Shown here piece by piece: positions 28,601 to 36,548 of a stretch of 53,676 bases of DNA. The translations under genes and the position numbers were made by a program. Within the stretch, counting starts at the first letter, position 1. Every line of letters begins with the position of its first letter. The notes under the pieces were generated by a model, which worked only from the letters and a program-made list of their open reading frames with translations, had not been told where the DNA came from and made no database searches. This stretch comes from Burkholderiaceae bacterium (lineage in GTDB: Bacteria; Pseudomonadota; Gammaproteobacteria; Burkholderiales; Burkholderiaceae_E): NCBI GenBank assembly GCA_044342535.1, contig JBIIPQ010000001.1, forward strand, positions 1-53,676. Reading direction: 5' to 3'.

Positions 28601-29332
28601 TCGCGGCTGGCCGACATCGCCCGGATGGATGCTGGGTTCATGCAGGTCGGCGAGCTCTACGCCGGTCATGCCGACTTCGACCCGGTCGCGCTCGTCGACG
28701 AGCTGGTCGCTTCGGAATCCGTCCCCTTCCTGCCGGTGCTGCGCTACGCCGAGTCCGGCCTGCGCAAGCGCGCGCAGTGGGAGGCCACCTGGGCGCTGCA
28801 GCGTCGTGAGGACCTGATCGATGCCTTCGAGTCCGACGCGCGCCGCCGCAAGGAGCGCAAGGACGAGGAGATCGGCGACATCCCGGTGCCGCCCAAGTAC
28901 CAGTCCAAGGACTTCCTGAAGACCGACTTCTGGCGCCTGCGCGGCGGGCTCGACGTGCCGAAGGAACGCTGGATCAGCTACCCCGGCTGCGAGTCCGGGG
29001 CCGACGCGAGCCGCGTGGTCGGCTGGGCGGGCTGGACCGCGCTGCAGCAGGCGCAGGCGCTGGCCGCCTGGTACCTCGACGCCCGCGAGCGCGAAGGCTG
29101 GCCCGTCGAGCGGCTGGTGCCGCTGCTGGCCGGGCTGCGCGAGCTGCTGCCCTGGCTGCTGCAATGGCACAACGCGATCGATCCTGAGTTCGGCCTGCGG
29201 CAGGGCGACTACTTCGTGTCCTTCGTGCAGGACGAGGCCCGGGCGCTGGGGACCACGGTCGATGCGCTCGCGGCCTGGCAGCCGCCGGCGCGCAGCGTGC
29301 GTCGCGGGCGGACCCGTGCGGCGGCGAAGTAG
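25691..29332 (+). CDS. pglX: PglX: BREX N6-adenine DNA methyltransferase / specificity subunit
   Basis: 1213 aa. SAM motif I IDPTCGSGHFLLGAF and catalytic motif IV VVGNPPYI (NPPY at 26801-26812). Positioned after pglW. Confidence 0.9.
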   Translation: MIDSRRLLADLQGWIRRLEPDLRERVAADAALDVALCAEWDDARAAGRTGDTFETWVDAVLTQAAVHWLLGCVFVRFIEDNGLVERPWLSGPGERHALAQDRHERYFREHPVLSDRDYLLACFTDVAALPGLQALFDSAHNPVFRLGISGDAAMALLAFWRRVDPDTGTLVHDFTDPTWGTRFLGDLYQDLSESTRKRYALLQTPDFIESFILDRTLAPAIAEFGYREVRLIDPTCGSGHFLLGAFARLLDLWSRNEPARPRRDLVQRALDGVFGVDLNPFAVAIARFRLLVEALRASGVERLAAAPDFELHLAVGDSLLHGQRAGMKDTASLLDEPQAYAGTGLEHAYAVEDLDEVRRILGQRYHAVVGNPPYIVVRDSALNAAYRSRFESCHMKYSLGVPFTELFFDLALPGDEGPAGHVGLITANSFMKREFGSKLIEKVLPSLDLTHVIDTSGAYIPGHGTPTVILFGRNRLPAGDSVRTAMGIKGEPGSPEDPAQGLVWCAIVTQIDRTGSESEFVSVADTKRTTFAKHPWSIGGGGAVDLKEAVEEGRPLLKSEIAGAGFSAITGEDEVFAMPRGLVGRLGINSRLFVLGDEVRDWAISPSAAVIFPYESENLSAQPPATTSVAARHFWSMRTNLRSRLMFGKSPEQAGLNWWEMSFLSRERLRSPFLVTFAEVATHNHFVLDRGGKVFKQTAPVIKLPAGADEATHLGLLGLLNSSVGCFWLKQVCHNKGEGGGTRVDAGFSALGDEAWKSHFAFNSTKVAEFPLASGRPYTLVAMLDSASHELRSYCESPFAPGFAPGYAPDRPRLLAAARQHADTLARMIALQEELDWQCYRLYGLLNAPLEASDPDTLPPLRLGERAFEIVLARRIAAGDETTSWFERHGSTPITELPAHWPPDYRALVERRIACIESDRNIGLVERPEHKRRWNLDPFDETVQRGLRLWLLDRLESEPYRRGAPQLTTVSRLADIARMDAGFMQVGELYAGHADFDPVALVDELVASESVPFLPVLRYAESGLRKRAQWEATWALQRREDLIDAFESDARRRKERKDEEIGDIPVPPKYQSKDFLKTDFWRLRGGLDVPKERWISYPGCESGADASRVVGWAGWTALQQAQALAAWYLDAREREGWPVERLVPLLAGLRELLPWLLQWHNAIDPEFGLRQGDYFVSFVQDEARALGTTVDALAAWQPPARSVRRGRTRAAAK
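28085..28120 (+). repeat. In-frame 12-bp tandem repeat x3 within pglX (FAPG FAPG YAPD)
   Basis: ttcgcccccggc ttcgcccccggc tacgcccccgat, lying exactly at the right edge of the low-GC block of pglX. Confidence 0.8.
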
Positions 29333-29404
29333 ATGGCGGCGCTGGCATCGGATGTCGCTCTGACGCCAGTCAGCGCCGCGACGTGTTAAAAAACGGCCCG
29401 ATTC

Positions 29405-29432
29405 TGAACATGTCCGGGCAGACGTGTACAAA
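29405..29432 (+). promoter_or_regulatory. Weak sigma70-like promoter candidate ahead of the nested cassette
   Basis: TGAACA, 16-nt spacer, TACAAA, within the AT-richer 128-nt spacer after pglX. Each hexamer matches consensus at only 4 of 6 positions. Confidence 0.2.
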
Positions 29433-29460
29433 GCGCTAACAAGTGGCGAGCTCCAGCCCC

Positions 29461-29907
29461 ATGACTCCCGTCTATGACGTCGATTACCACGCCAGCGCTA
29501 TCCGGCATCTCCGGGACGCGGAGTACCTGCACGCTGGGGGGTTTGCCCCGAACGCAGGGCAGCTCTACGGCTTCTGCGTTGAATGTGCTCTGAAGGCGGT
29601 TCTTGTGTCCTGCGGAGTCGCTCGGGACGCTTCCGGTAGCGTGACCCAAGGGAGTCGCTTCAAGGTGCACATGCCGAAGCTGGTCGACCAGATCACCGCC
29701 GACGTTCCTTTCGGCCCTGAAGGACGCCTTGCCGCAGGCTACGTTGCTCAGTTTCCAGAGATTGCAGACATGGACGATTGGAGCATCGATCATCGCTATT
29801 TCAAGGAGGCCGCATTGCCGGTGGCATCCATCGACCGCTGGCGTGTGGTGGCGACGCGGGTTCGTGGCCTGCTCGATACGCTGAAGCTGGACGGGGGTAT
29901 CGAATGA
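29461..29907 (+). CDS. Cassette gene A: small all-alpha protein, HEPN-like (tentative)
   Basis: ATG at 29461 (an alternative GTG is at 29443). AIRHLRDAEYLHAGGFAPNAGQLYGFCVECALKAVL resembles the first helical hairpin of classical HEPN domains (A.dL..A..ll..g....a..l..qa.E.aLKA.l). RDAEYLH fits Rx5H, and SIDHRY gives an HxY. The stop overlaps the start of gene B (ATGA). Confidence 0.45.
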   Translation: MTPVYDVDYHASAIRHLRDAEYLHAGGFAPNAGQLYGFCVECALKAVLVSCGVARDASGSVTQGSRFKVHMPKLVDQITADVPFGPEGRLAAGYVAQFPEIADMDDWSIDHRYFKEAALPVASIDRWRVVATRVRGLLDTLKLDGGIE

Positions 29908-31250
29908 AGCAAGTGCTGTTCGAAGATGCACTGCGGATTGCCATCGAGGCGGCATCCCAGCTCAGGTCGTCAGGTGGCCATGATGTTCGTCTGGTCAGGG
30001 ACATGGTGGGGCGGATTCGCTTCGTCTTGAATCTGCATCGCGACCGCATTTTTCCGGGTGACATTGCGTCCTTAGTCGATGCGACGAAAGTGCTCGGTCC
30101 CTATGCCGCGTCGCAGGCGGTACTGACGCGCGATGACTTTGCCGATGCCGACGCCGTATTCGCCGACCCCTCGTGGCATGCCACCTTCACGATTGCCAAA
30201 GGGGCAGATGGAGCGGTGACTTCGACCGTGCCGGTCATGGACCGACAGGTCACCGGGCAGGACTGGCTGCGTGGACATCTGCCTGCCGGAGAATCCAGGC
30301 GCGCCCACCGCGTCGTCTTCCACGGGCTCAAGGGAGGCGTGGGCCGCTCGACGAGCCTCGCGATGGTGGCTTACGGGCTGGCAAGAAGGAGCCGGCGGGT
30401 GCTGGTCGTCGACTTCGACCTGGAGTCCCCCGGTCTCTCGTCGCTTCTGCTCCCGGCCGAGCGGATGGCTTCGGTCGGGCTGGTCGACTGGTTCGTCGAA
30501 GATGCGGTAGGTCAAGGAGACGCGATCATCGATGACATGGTCTCGACGAGTCCGCTCGCCGATACGACGATCGGAGAAATCCGGGTAGCGGCCGCAGCCG
30601 GTCGCGACGATGCCGCCTACCTCGACAAGCTGTCGAGAGTGTATGGCGACCTGCCGGGACCGGCCGGTCCGCGGCGCTGCGCCGACCGCATGCTGGACAT
30701 CGTGGAGAAGCTCGAGGCGTCGGTGCGCCCCGATCTCATCCTGATCGACAGCCGCGCGGGGCTTCACGACCTCGCCGCCGCTGCCATCGTGAGGCTTGCG
30801 GATACCGCGTTGCTGTTCAGCACGGGAGGTGCGCAGAGTCAGGTCGGCTATCGCCAATTGTTCACGCACTGGCAGCGCAGGCCCGACGTGGCGCGTGAAG
30901 TCAGGGAGCGGCTCGCGATGGTGCGGGCGTTGCTGCCTGCAACGCAGCGGGAACGGATGGTCACGGCTTTCCGGCAGGACGCATACGAACTGTTTGCCGA
31001 AACCCTCTACGACGAATTGCCAGCCTGCGTGATGGGTGAAGAAACCGACGCTCCGGCAGGTTTCCATCCATCTCTCCAGGACGAAGCCGCGCCGCATTGG
31101 CCGATCCTCGTCGACTGGGACGAACGCTTTCAAGAGTTCGATCCTCGCGTCATGGTCTCTGGCGGAGGTATCGGCGACACCTTTGTCGACGCGACCTTCG
31201 GGGCCTTGATCGACTGGGTCGATACACGGACGCGGGGGGCGATGACATGA
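29904..31250 (+). CDS. Cassette gene B: ParA/MinD-class (SIMIBI) ATPase with KGGVGR variant Walker A and an unknown N-terminal domain of about 135 aa
   Basis: VVFHGLKGGVGRSTS (KGGVGRST at 30330-30353), VLVVDFDLESPG and LILIDSRAGLHD (MinD-like DxxxG switch II, 30735-30770). ATGA overlaps at both ends. Confidence 0.7.
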   Translation: MKQVLFEDALRIAIEAASQLRSSGGHDVRLVRDMVGRIRFVLNLHRDRIFPGDIASLVDATKVLGPYAASQAVLTRDDFADADAVFADPSWHATFTIAKGADGAVTSTVPVMDRQVTGQDWLRGHLPAGESRRAHRVVFHGLKGGVGRSTSLAMVAYGLARRSRRVLVVDFDLESPGLSSLLLPAERMASVGLVDWFVEDAVGQGDAIIDDMVSTSPLADTTIGEIRVAAAAGRDDAAYLDKLSRVYGDLPGPAGPRRCADRMLDIVEKLEASVRPDLILIDSRAGLHDLAAAAIVRLADTALLFSTGGAQSQVGYRQLFTHWQRRPDVAREVRERLAMVRALLPATQRERMVTAFRQDAYELFAETLYDELPACVMGEETDAPAGFHPSLQDEAAPHWPILVDWDERFQEFDPRVMVSGGGIGDTFVDATFGALIDWVDTRTRGAMT

Positions 31251-32707
31251 ACCCGTCCGCCATTCGGCAAGGCCTGCGGGCAGTGACCCGAGAGCAGGAT
31301 CAGGCCAGCGGGACCGCCTCGTCGGCGCCTGCCCAGATATACGTTCCGCCCAGCCACGCGCGCGCGCTCGATCCGAACGCGACGATCGTCGAAGGTATCC
31401 GGGGGGCAGGCAAGAGTTTCTGGTGTGCGCAACTCGCGTCGAGCGCGCACTTCGACTTCGTCGTGAATGCCTTCCCGGAAGCGAACCTCGGACCGAAGAT
31501 CAAGATGGTACGTGGATTCGGTCTCTGGCCGGGCGAGGCGCCAAGTCCGAGGGTCCTGGCGAGTCTGGTATCGAAGTTTCCGGCAGATTCCATATGGCGT
31601 GCCGTGTTGGCCGTGAACGCAGGCTTCCCAGGAGCGTTCGCACAGCTGACGCAGTGGCAGGAGCGGGTGCAATGGGTTCACTCGAATCCTGAGCAGTTCG
31701 ATGTGCTGCTCGACGAGGCCGATCGTGGCTTGTTCGAGCGTGGCGAGACGCTCGTGGTGCTGTTCGACGCGCTCGACCGGCTTGCCTCGGAGTGGGCGGG
31801 GGTGGTGCCGTTGGCGCGATCGCTGCTGCAGATTGCGCTGGAGGTCCGCGGCACGCGGCGAATTCGCTTCAAGGTGTTCGTGCGCCCCGACATGCTGGAG
31901 AACGCCGGCATCGTGAGCTTTCCCGATTTTTCCAAGCTGGTTGCGGGCAAGGCTTCACTTGAATGGCGAAGGGCCGACCTGTACGCGCTGCTCTACCAGG
32001 CCTTGGCCAATGCATGTGCCGCCCCTGGAGTGGATGACGCCGGAGGTGCGTTCAGGAGCGCAGTCGAAGCCGTTACGACCCTAAAGACCGAGCGGCGTGC
32101 GCAGGCTTGGACGCTGCCGAGCCGGTTGCGAACCGACGAGCGCCTGCAGGAGCGACTCTTCGAGAGCATGGCGGGTCCGGCAATGGGTGCCAACACGAAG
32201 CGGGGCAAGCCGTACTCCTGGCTCGTCAACCACTTGCTCGACGGGTTGAATCAGGTCAGTCCGCGAAGTTTCTTCGCTGCACTCCACGAAGCGGCGACCG
32301 GCACCGACGAGGTCTTCCCGCTGCCGCTCGACTACCGCGCCATCCAGGTCGGCGTACAGAAGGCGTCGCGTATCCGGGTCGCGGAGATGGAGGAAGACTA
32401 CGCGTGGGTCAAGACCGTGATGGAGCCGCTGCGCACGGCAATCACGGTACCGTGCGTCGTCCAGGATTTCGATCGGATCTGGAAGGAGGTTGATGTGTTC
32501 ACGCGTGTGCAAGGCAGGCCTGAAGGAAGCGATTTCGAAGGGACGCTTCCACCCTTCGGACTGTCTCGCAAGACGGCAGGCCTGCTGGACGATCTGGAGA
32601 AGATCGGCCTGATCCACAGGCTGAAGGATGGGCGCGTCCAGATGCCCGATGTCTATCGCATCGCATTCGGACTCGGGCGCCGCGGGGGCGTCAAGCCGCT
32701 CCAATGA
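31247..32707 (+). CDS. Cassette gene C: P-loop NTPase (STAND/AAA-like) with C-terminal winged-helix-like tail
   Basis: Walker A GIRGAGKS (31394-31417), Walker B LVVLFDALD (31751-31777), and C-terminal LLDDLEKIGLIHRLKDGRVQMPDVYRIAFGL. The start overlaps the stop of gene B. Confidence 0.6.
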   Translation: MNPSAIRQGLRAVTREQDQASGTASSAPAQIYVPPSHARALDPNATIVEGIRGAGKSFWCAQLASSAHFDFVVNAFPEANLGPKIKMVRGFGLWPGEAPSPRVLASLVSKFPADSIWRAVLAVNAGFPGAFAQLTQWQERVQWVHSNPEQFDVLLDEADRGLFERGETLVVLFDALDRLASEWAGVVPLARSLLQIALEVRGTRRIRFKVFVRPDMLENAGIVSFPDFSKLVAGKASLEWRRADLYALLYQALANACAAPGVDDAGGAFRSAVEAVTTLKTERRAQAWTLPSRLRTDERLQERLFESMAGPAMGANTKRGKPYSWLVNHLLDGLNQVSPRSFFAALHEAATGTDEVFPLPLDYRAIQVGVQKASRIRVAEMEEDYAWVKTVMEPLRTAITVPCVVQDFDRIWKEVDVFTRVQGRPEGSDFEGTLPPFGLSRKTAGLLDDLEKIGLIHRLKDGRVQMPDVYRIAFGLGRRGGVKPLQ

Positions 32708-32765
32708 ACCGCTTTACATCCCGTCCGGGCGGATCTGCCCGTGCAGTCGAACCGAGCGCCGCACG

Positions 32766-35700
32766 ATGACCCTGATCCGCGACCTGATCGACATCCCCGA
32801 GCGCGTCCACCAGGGCGACTTCGTCCTCAAGCTCTCCGAAGGGGTCGGCAACGCCGAGCGCACGCTCGCCGACTACGTGGTCACGCCGCAGCTCGTGCGC
32901 TGCTTCGAGGACGCGCTGGCCTTCGTGCGGCAGGCGGTCGAGGGGCGCAGCAGTCGGGCCGCCTACCTGCACGGCTCGTTCGGCTCGGGCAAGAGCCACT
33001 TCATGGCGGTGCTGAACCTGCTGCTGGCCGGCCATCCGGCGGCCCGCTCGCGCGCCGAGCTGGCGGACGTGGTGGCGCGCGGCAACGCCTGGACGCAGGA
33101 CCGGCGCTTCCTGCTGGTGCCCTACCACATGATCGGCGCGCGCGACATGGAGTCGGCCATCCTTGGGCAGTACGCCGAGGCGGTCCGCCGCCTGCACCCC
33201 GATGCGCCGGTGCCCGGCTTCTACCGTGCCGAGGGCCTGTTCGAGGACGCGAAGCGGCTGCGCGCGCAGATCGGCGACGAGCGCTTCTTCGCCGGCCTGA
33301 ACGACGGCGCGGCCGGCGCCGCCGACGACGGCTGGGGCGACCTGGGCGCGGGCTGGCAGGCGGACGCCTTCGAGGGCGCGATGCTCGAGCCGCCGGGCGG
33401 CGACGAGCGCGCACGCCTGGTCGGCGCACTGATCGGCACGTACTTCAGCGCCTACACGCAGGTCGCCGACGGCCGCGGCGAGTCCTTCGTCAACCTGGAT
33501 GACGGGCTGTCGATCCTGTCGCGCCATGCGAAGTCCCTCGGCTACGACGCGGTCATCCTGTTCCTCGACGAGCTGATCCTGTGGCTGGCGAGCCGCGCCG
33601 CCGACATGAGCTTCGTCGCCAGCGAAGGCACCAAGCTGGTCAAGCTGGTCGAGGCGGGCAACGCCGACCGGCCGATCCCGCTGGTGAGCTTCGTGGCCCG
33701 GCAGCGCGACCTGCGCGAGCTGGTCGGCGAGAACCTCGCGGGCTCGCTGCAGCTGCAGTTCGCCGACGTGCTGCGGCACTGGGAGGCGCGCTTCCACGTC
33801 ATCACGCTCGAAGACCGCAACCTGCCGGCGATCATCGAGAAGCGCGTGCTGCGCCCGCGCAGCGAAGCCGCACGCCAGGAGCTGGCCGCCGCGTTCGAGG
33901 AGTTCCAGGGCACGCGGCGCGAGGTGCTCGAGACGCTGCTGACCACGCAGGGCGACCGGGAGATGTTCCGCAAGGTCTACCCGTTCAGCCCGGCGCTGGT
34001 GACGACGCTGATCGCGGTGTCCTCGGCGCTGCAGCGCGAGCGCACGGCGCTCAAGCTGATGCTGCAGCTGCTGGTCGACCGGCGCGACGATCTCGCGCTC
34101 GGCCAGGTGATTCCGGTCGGTGACCTCTGGGACGTGATCGCCGACGGCGACGAGCCCTTCTCGGACGCGATGCGGATCCACTTCGACAACGCGCGCAGGC
34201 TGTATGCACAGAAGCTGCTGCCGCTGCTCGAGCGCCATCACGGCACGAGCTGGGACGACATCGGCCTGGGGCTGGCCGACCCGGCCAAGGCGGGTGCGCT
34301 GCGCAACGACGCACGGCTGGTCAAGACGCTGCTGCTGGCCGCGCTGGTGCCCGAGGTGGAGTCGCTCAAGGCGCTGACCGCGTCGCGCCTCACCTCGCTC
34401 AACCACGGCAGTTTCCGCTCGCCGATCCCGGGGCGCGAGGTGCAGACGGTGCTGAACCGCTGCCGTGCCTGGGCGGCCGAGGTCGGCGAGATCAAGATCG
34501 GCGACCAGGCGGTGAACCCGCTGATCTCGATCCAGGTCACTGGCGTGGACATCGAGCCGATCATCCGCGACGCGGAGTCGGTGGACAACCCGGGCAACCG
34601 GCGCCGCAAGATCCGCGAGCTGCTGCTCGCCGAGCTGGGCGTGGTCGACGAGTCCGCGCTGTTCACGCTGCATCCGTATTCGTGGCGGCACACCCGCCGC
34701 GAGGTAGAGGTGGTGTACGAGAACGTGCGCGAGATGAGCGACGAGCGCCTGCGGGGACGAGAGGACGGCTGGACGATCGTCGTCGACATCCCCTTCGACG
34801 ACGGCCGCTTCACGCCGATGGACGACCTTGCTCGCCTTGCGCGCTACCGCGGCATGCCGACCCGGACCCTGGTCTGGCTGCCGTCCTTCCTGTCCGAGCG
34901 CGCGTTGCGCGACCTCGGCCGTCTGGTGGTGCTCGACCACCTGCTCGCGGGTGCCGGCGAGCGCTTCGCCGAGCACGCCTCGCACTTGGCGGCGGTCGAC
35001 CGCGGGCCCGCGCTCGCGCTCGCTCGCAACCAGCGCGACCAGCTGCGCCAGCGGATGCTGCAGTACCTGCTGGCCGCCTACGGCGTGGCCGACGACTCGG
35101 CCGAGGGCATCGCCGAGCGGCTCGAGCCGCAGGACCAGTTCCGCTCGCTCGACACCACGCTCAAGCCGCGCCCGCCGGTGGGCGCGAGCCTGAAGGATGC
35201 CTTCGAGTCGCTACTCGACCAGCTCTTCGCCCACCAGTACCCCGGGCATCCACGCTTCGACGTCGAGATCAGGCCGGTGGTGCTCAAGCGGGTCTGGCAG
35301 GAGATCGAGCTCGCGCTGACCGATGCGGGCGGGCGCTCGCTGGTGGCCGAGAAGAGCGCACGCCAGACGGTGCGCTCGGTCGTCAATCCATTGAAGCTGG
35401 GCACGATGGGCGAGAACCACCTCGTGCTCGAGCCGCACTGGCGTTCGCATTTCCTGCAGATGCAGGCGCGCGACGGCGTGCCGATCACGGTCAGGCACTT
35501 GCGCGGCTGGATGAACGAGCCGCAGCCGATGGGGCTGCCCCCGGAGGTCGAGAACCTGGTGATCCTGACCTTCGCGGGCCAGACCAATCGCACGTTTTGG
35601 ATGAACGGCGGACCGGCCGTCGCGACCCTGGAGTCGATGCCCGACGCGATGGAGCTGCGCGAGCAGTCGCTGCCCCCGCGCGCCGAGTGGGATGAAGCCC

Positions 35701-36548
35701 TGCGGCGTGCCGGCGTGCTGTTCGGGCTTGCCCTGCCGCAGACGCTGAATGCGACCCACGTCGCGCGCGCGGTCGCTGCGTTGCGAGCCAAGGGCGTCGA
35801 GCTGAAGGACCCGGCCGCGAAGCTGGCGGCGACGCTCGCGCAGCGGCTCGCGGAGTGGGGGCAGGATCCCGAGGCCGCGCCGCGGCTGCGGACCGCGCGC
35901 TCGGCCGCGGCCCTGACGCAGGCGCTGGTGTCGGCATCCGACCGGGATCTGGTGTCGGCGTTCGCGGCGGCCGCGATCGCCACCGGCGAGGCGGCGCTCG
36001 GCACCGCGCTGACCAAGGCCGCCGTGCTCGAGGACACCTTGCGCAACGCTGCATTCGACGTGCTCGAGACAGCCTCGCGACTGATGGATCACCGGGCCGC
36101 GGCCGCGGCACGGCTGCACACCCGTGTAGCGGAGCTGCTCGCCGCCGACGAGCACGCGATCGGGCTGGCTGCGGCACTGGGGAGCGCCCGCAGCGATGCG
36201 CTGAAACTGCTCGCCGACCCGACACCCAAGGCGCCTGCCGGGCCGGTGGCGTCACCGCCTGCAGTTCCCGACTCGCCGTTGCAGGCGCCGGCGCCGGCGA
36301 TCGCGCCCTCGCCGACGTCCTCGTCGTCGCCCGTTTCCGTGGCGGTCATCGAACCCGCATCGCTCCCGCCCGTGGCCACGCCCGCGCCGACGTCTGCCTT
36401 GCCCGAAGCCTGGGTGCTGCAGGACGCAGCCGTCGACCTCGACCCCGCTGCGGCGCGGGCGCTGCTCGATCGGCTGGGCCGCGAGCTGGCTGACGACCCC
36501 GGCGCGCGGCTCACGGTCAACTGGCGGATCGTGAGGCGCAGCCGATGA
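32766..36548 (+). CDS. pglY: PglY: BREX type 2 large P-loop ATPase (BrxC-family)
   Basis: 1260 aa. N-terminus DIPERVHQGDFVLKLSEGV and Walker A GSFGSGKSH (32973-32996), with a Walker B candidate VILFLDEL. Positioned before pglZ, with an ATGA overlap. Confidence 0.85.
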   Translation: MTLIRDLIDIPERVHQGDFVLKLSEGVGNAERTLADYVVTPQLVRCFEDALAFVRQAVEGRSSRAAYLHGSFGSGKSHFMAVLNLLLAGHPAARSRAELADVVARGNAWTQDRRFLLVPYHMIGARDMESAILGQYAEAVRRLHPDAPVPGFYRAEGLFEDAKRLRAQIGDERFFAGLNDGAAGAADDGWGDLGAGWQADAFEGAMLEPPGGDERARLVGALIGTYFSAYTQVADGRGESFVNLDDGLSILSRHAKSLGYDAVILFLDELILWLASRAADMSFVASEGTKLVKLVEAGNADRPIPLVSFVARQRDLRELVGENLAGSLQLQFADVLRHWEARFHVITLEDRNLPAIIEKRVLRPRSEAARQELAAAFEEFQGTRREVLETLLTTQGDREMFRKVYPFSPALVTTLIAVSSALQRERTALKLMLQLLVDRRDDLALGQVIPVGDLWDVIADGDEPFSDAMRIHFDNARRLYAQKLLPLLERHHGTSWDDIGLGLADPAKAGALRNDARLVKTLLLAALVPEVESLKALTASRLTSLNHGSFRSPIPGREVQTVLNRCRAWAAEVGEIKIGDQAVNPLISIQVTGVDIEPIIRDAESVDNPGNRRRKIRELLLAELGVVDESALFTLHPYSWRHTRREVEVVYENVREMSDERLRGREDGWTIVVDIPFDDGRFTPMDDLARLARYRGMPTRTLVWLPSFLSERALRDLGRLVVLDHLLAGAGERFAEHASHLAAVDRGPALALARNQRDQLRQRMLQYLLAAYGVADDSAEGIAERLEPQDQFRSLDTTLKPRPPVGASLKDAFESLLDQLFAHQYPGHPRFDVEIRPVVLKRVWQEIELALTDAGGRSLVAEKSARQTVRSVVNPLKLGTMGENHLVLEPHWRSHFLQMQARDGVPITVRHLRGWMNEPQPMGLPPEVENLVILTFAGQTNRTFWMNGGPAVATLESMPDAMELREQSLPPRAEWDEALRRAGVLFGLALPQTLNATHVARAVAALRAKGVELKDPAAKLAATLAQRLAEWGQDPEAAPRLRTARSAAALTQALVSASDRDLVSAFAAAAIATGEAALGTALTKAAVLEDTLRNAAFDVLETASRLMDHRAAAAARLHTRVAELLAADEHAIGLAAALGSARSDALKLLADPTPKAPAGPVASPPAVPDSPLQAPAPAIAPSPTSSSSPVSVAVIEPASLPPVATPAPTSALPEAWVLQDAAVDLDPAAARALLDRLGRELADDPGARLTVNWRIVRRSR

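Noticed and set aside
29412-32730. The 8-bp direct repeat gtccgggc on both sides of the nested cassette (29412-29419 and 32723-32730), considered as a possible target-site duplication.
   Set aside because: It is too short and too GC-rich to be distinguishable from chance in this genome, and no recombinase or terminal inverted repeats accompany it.
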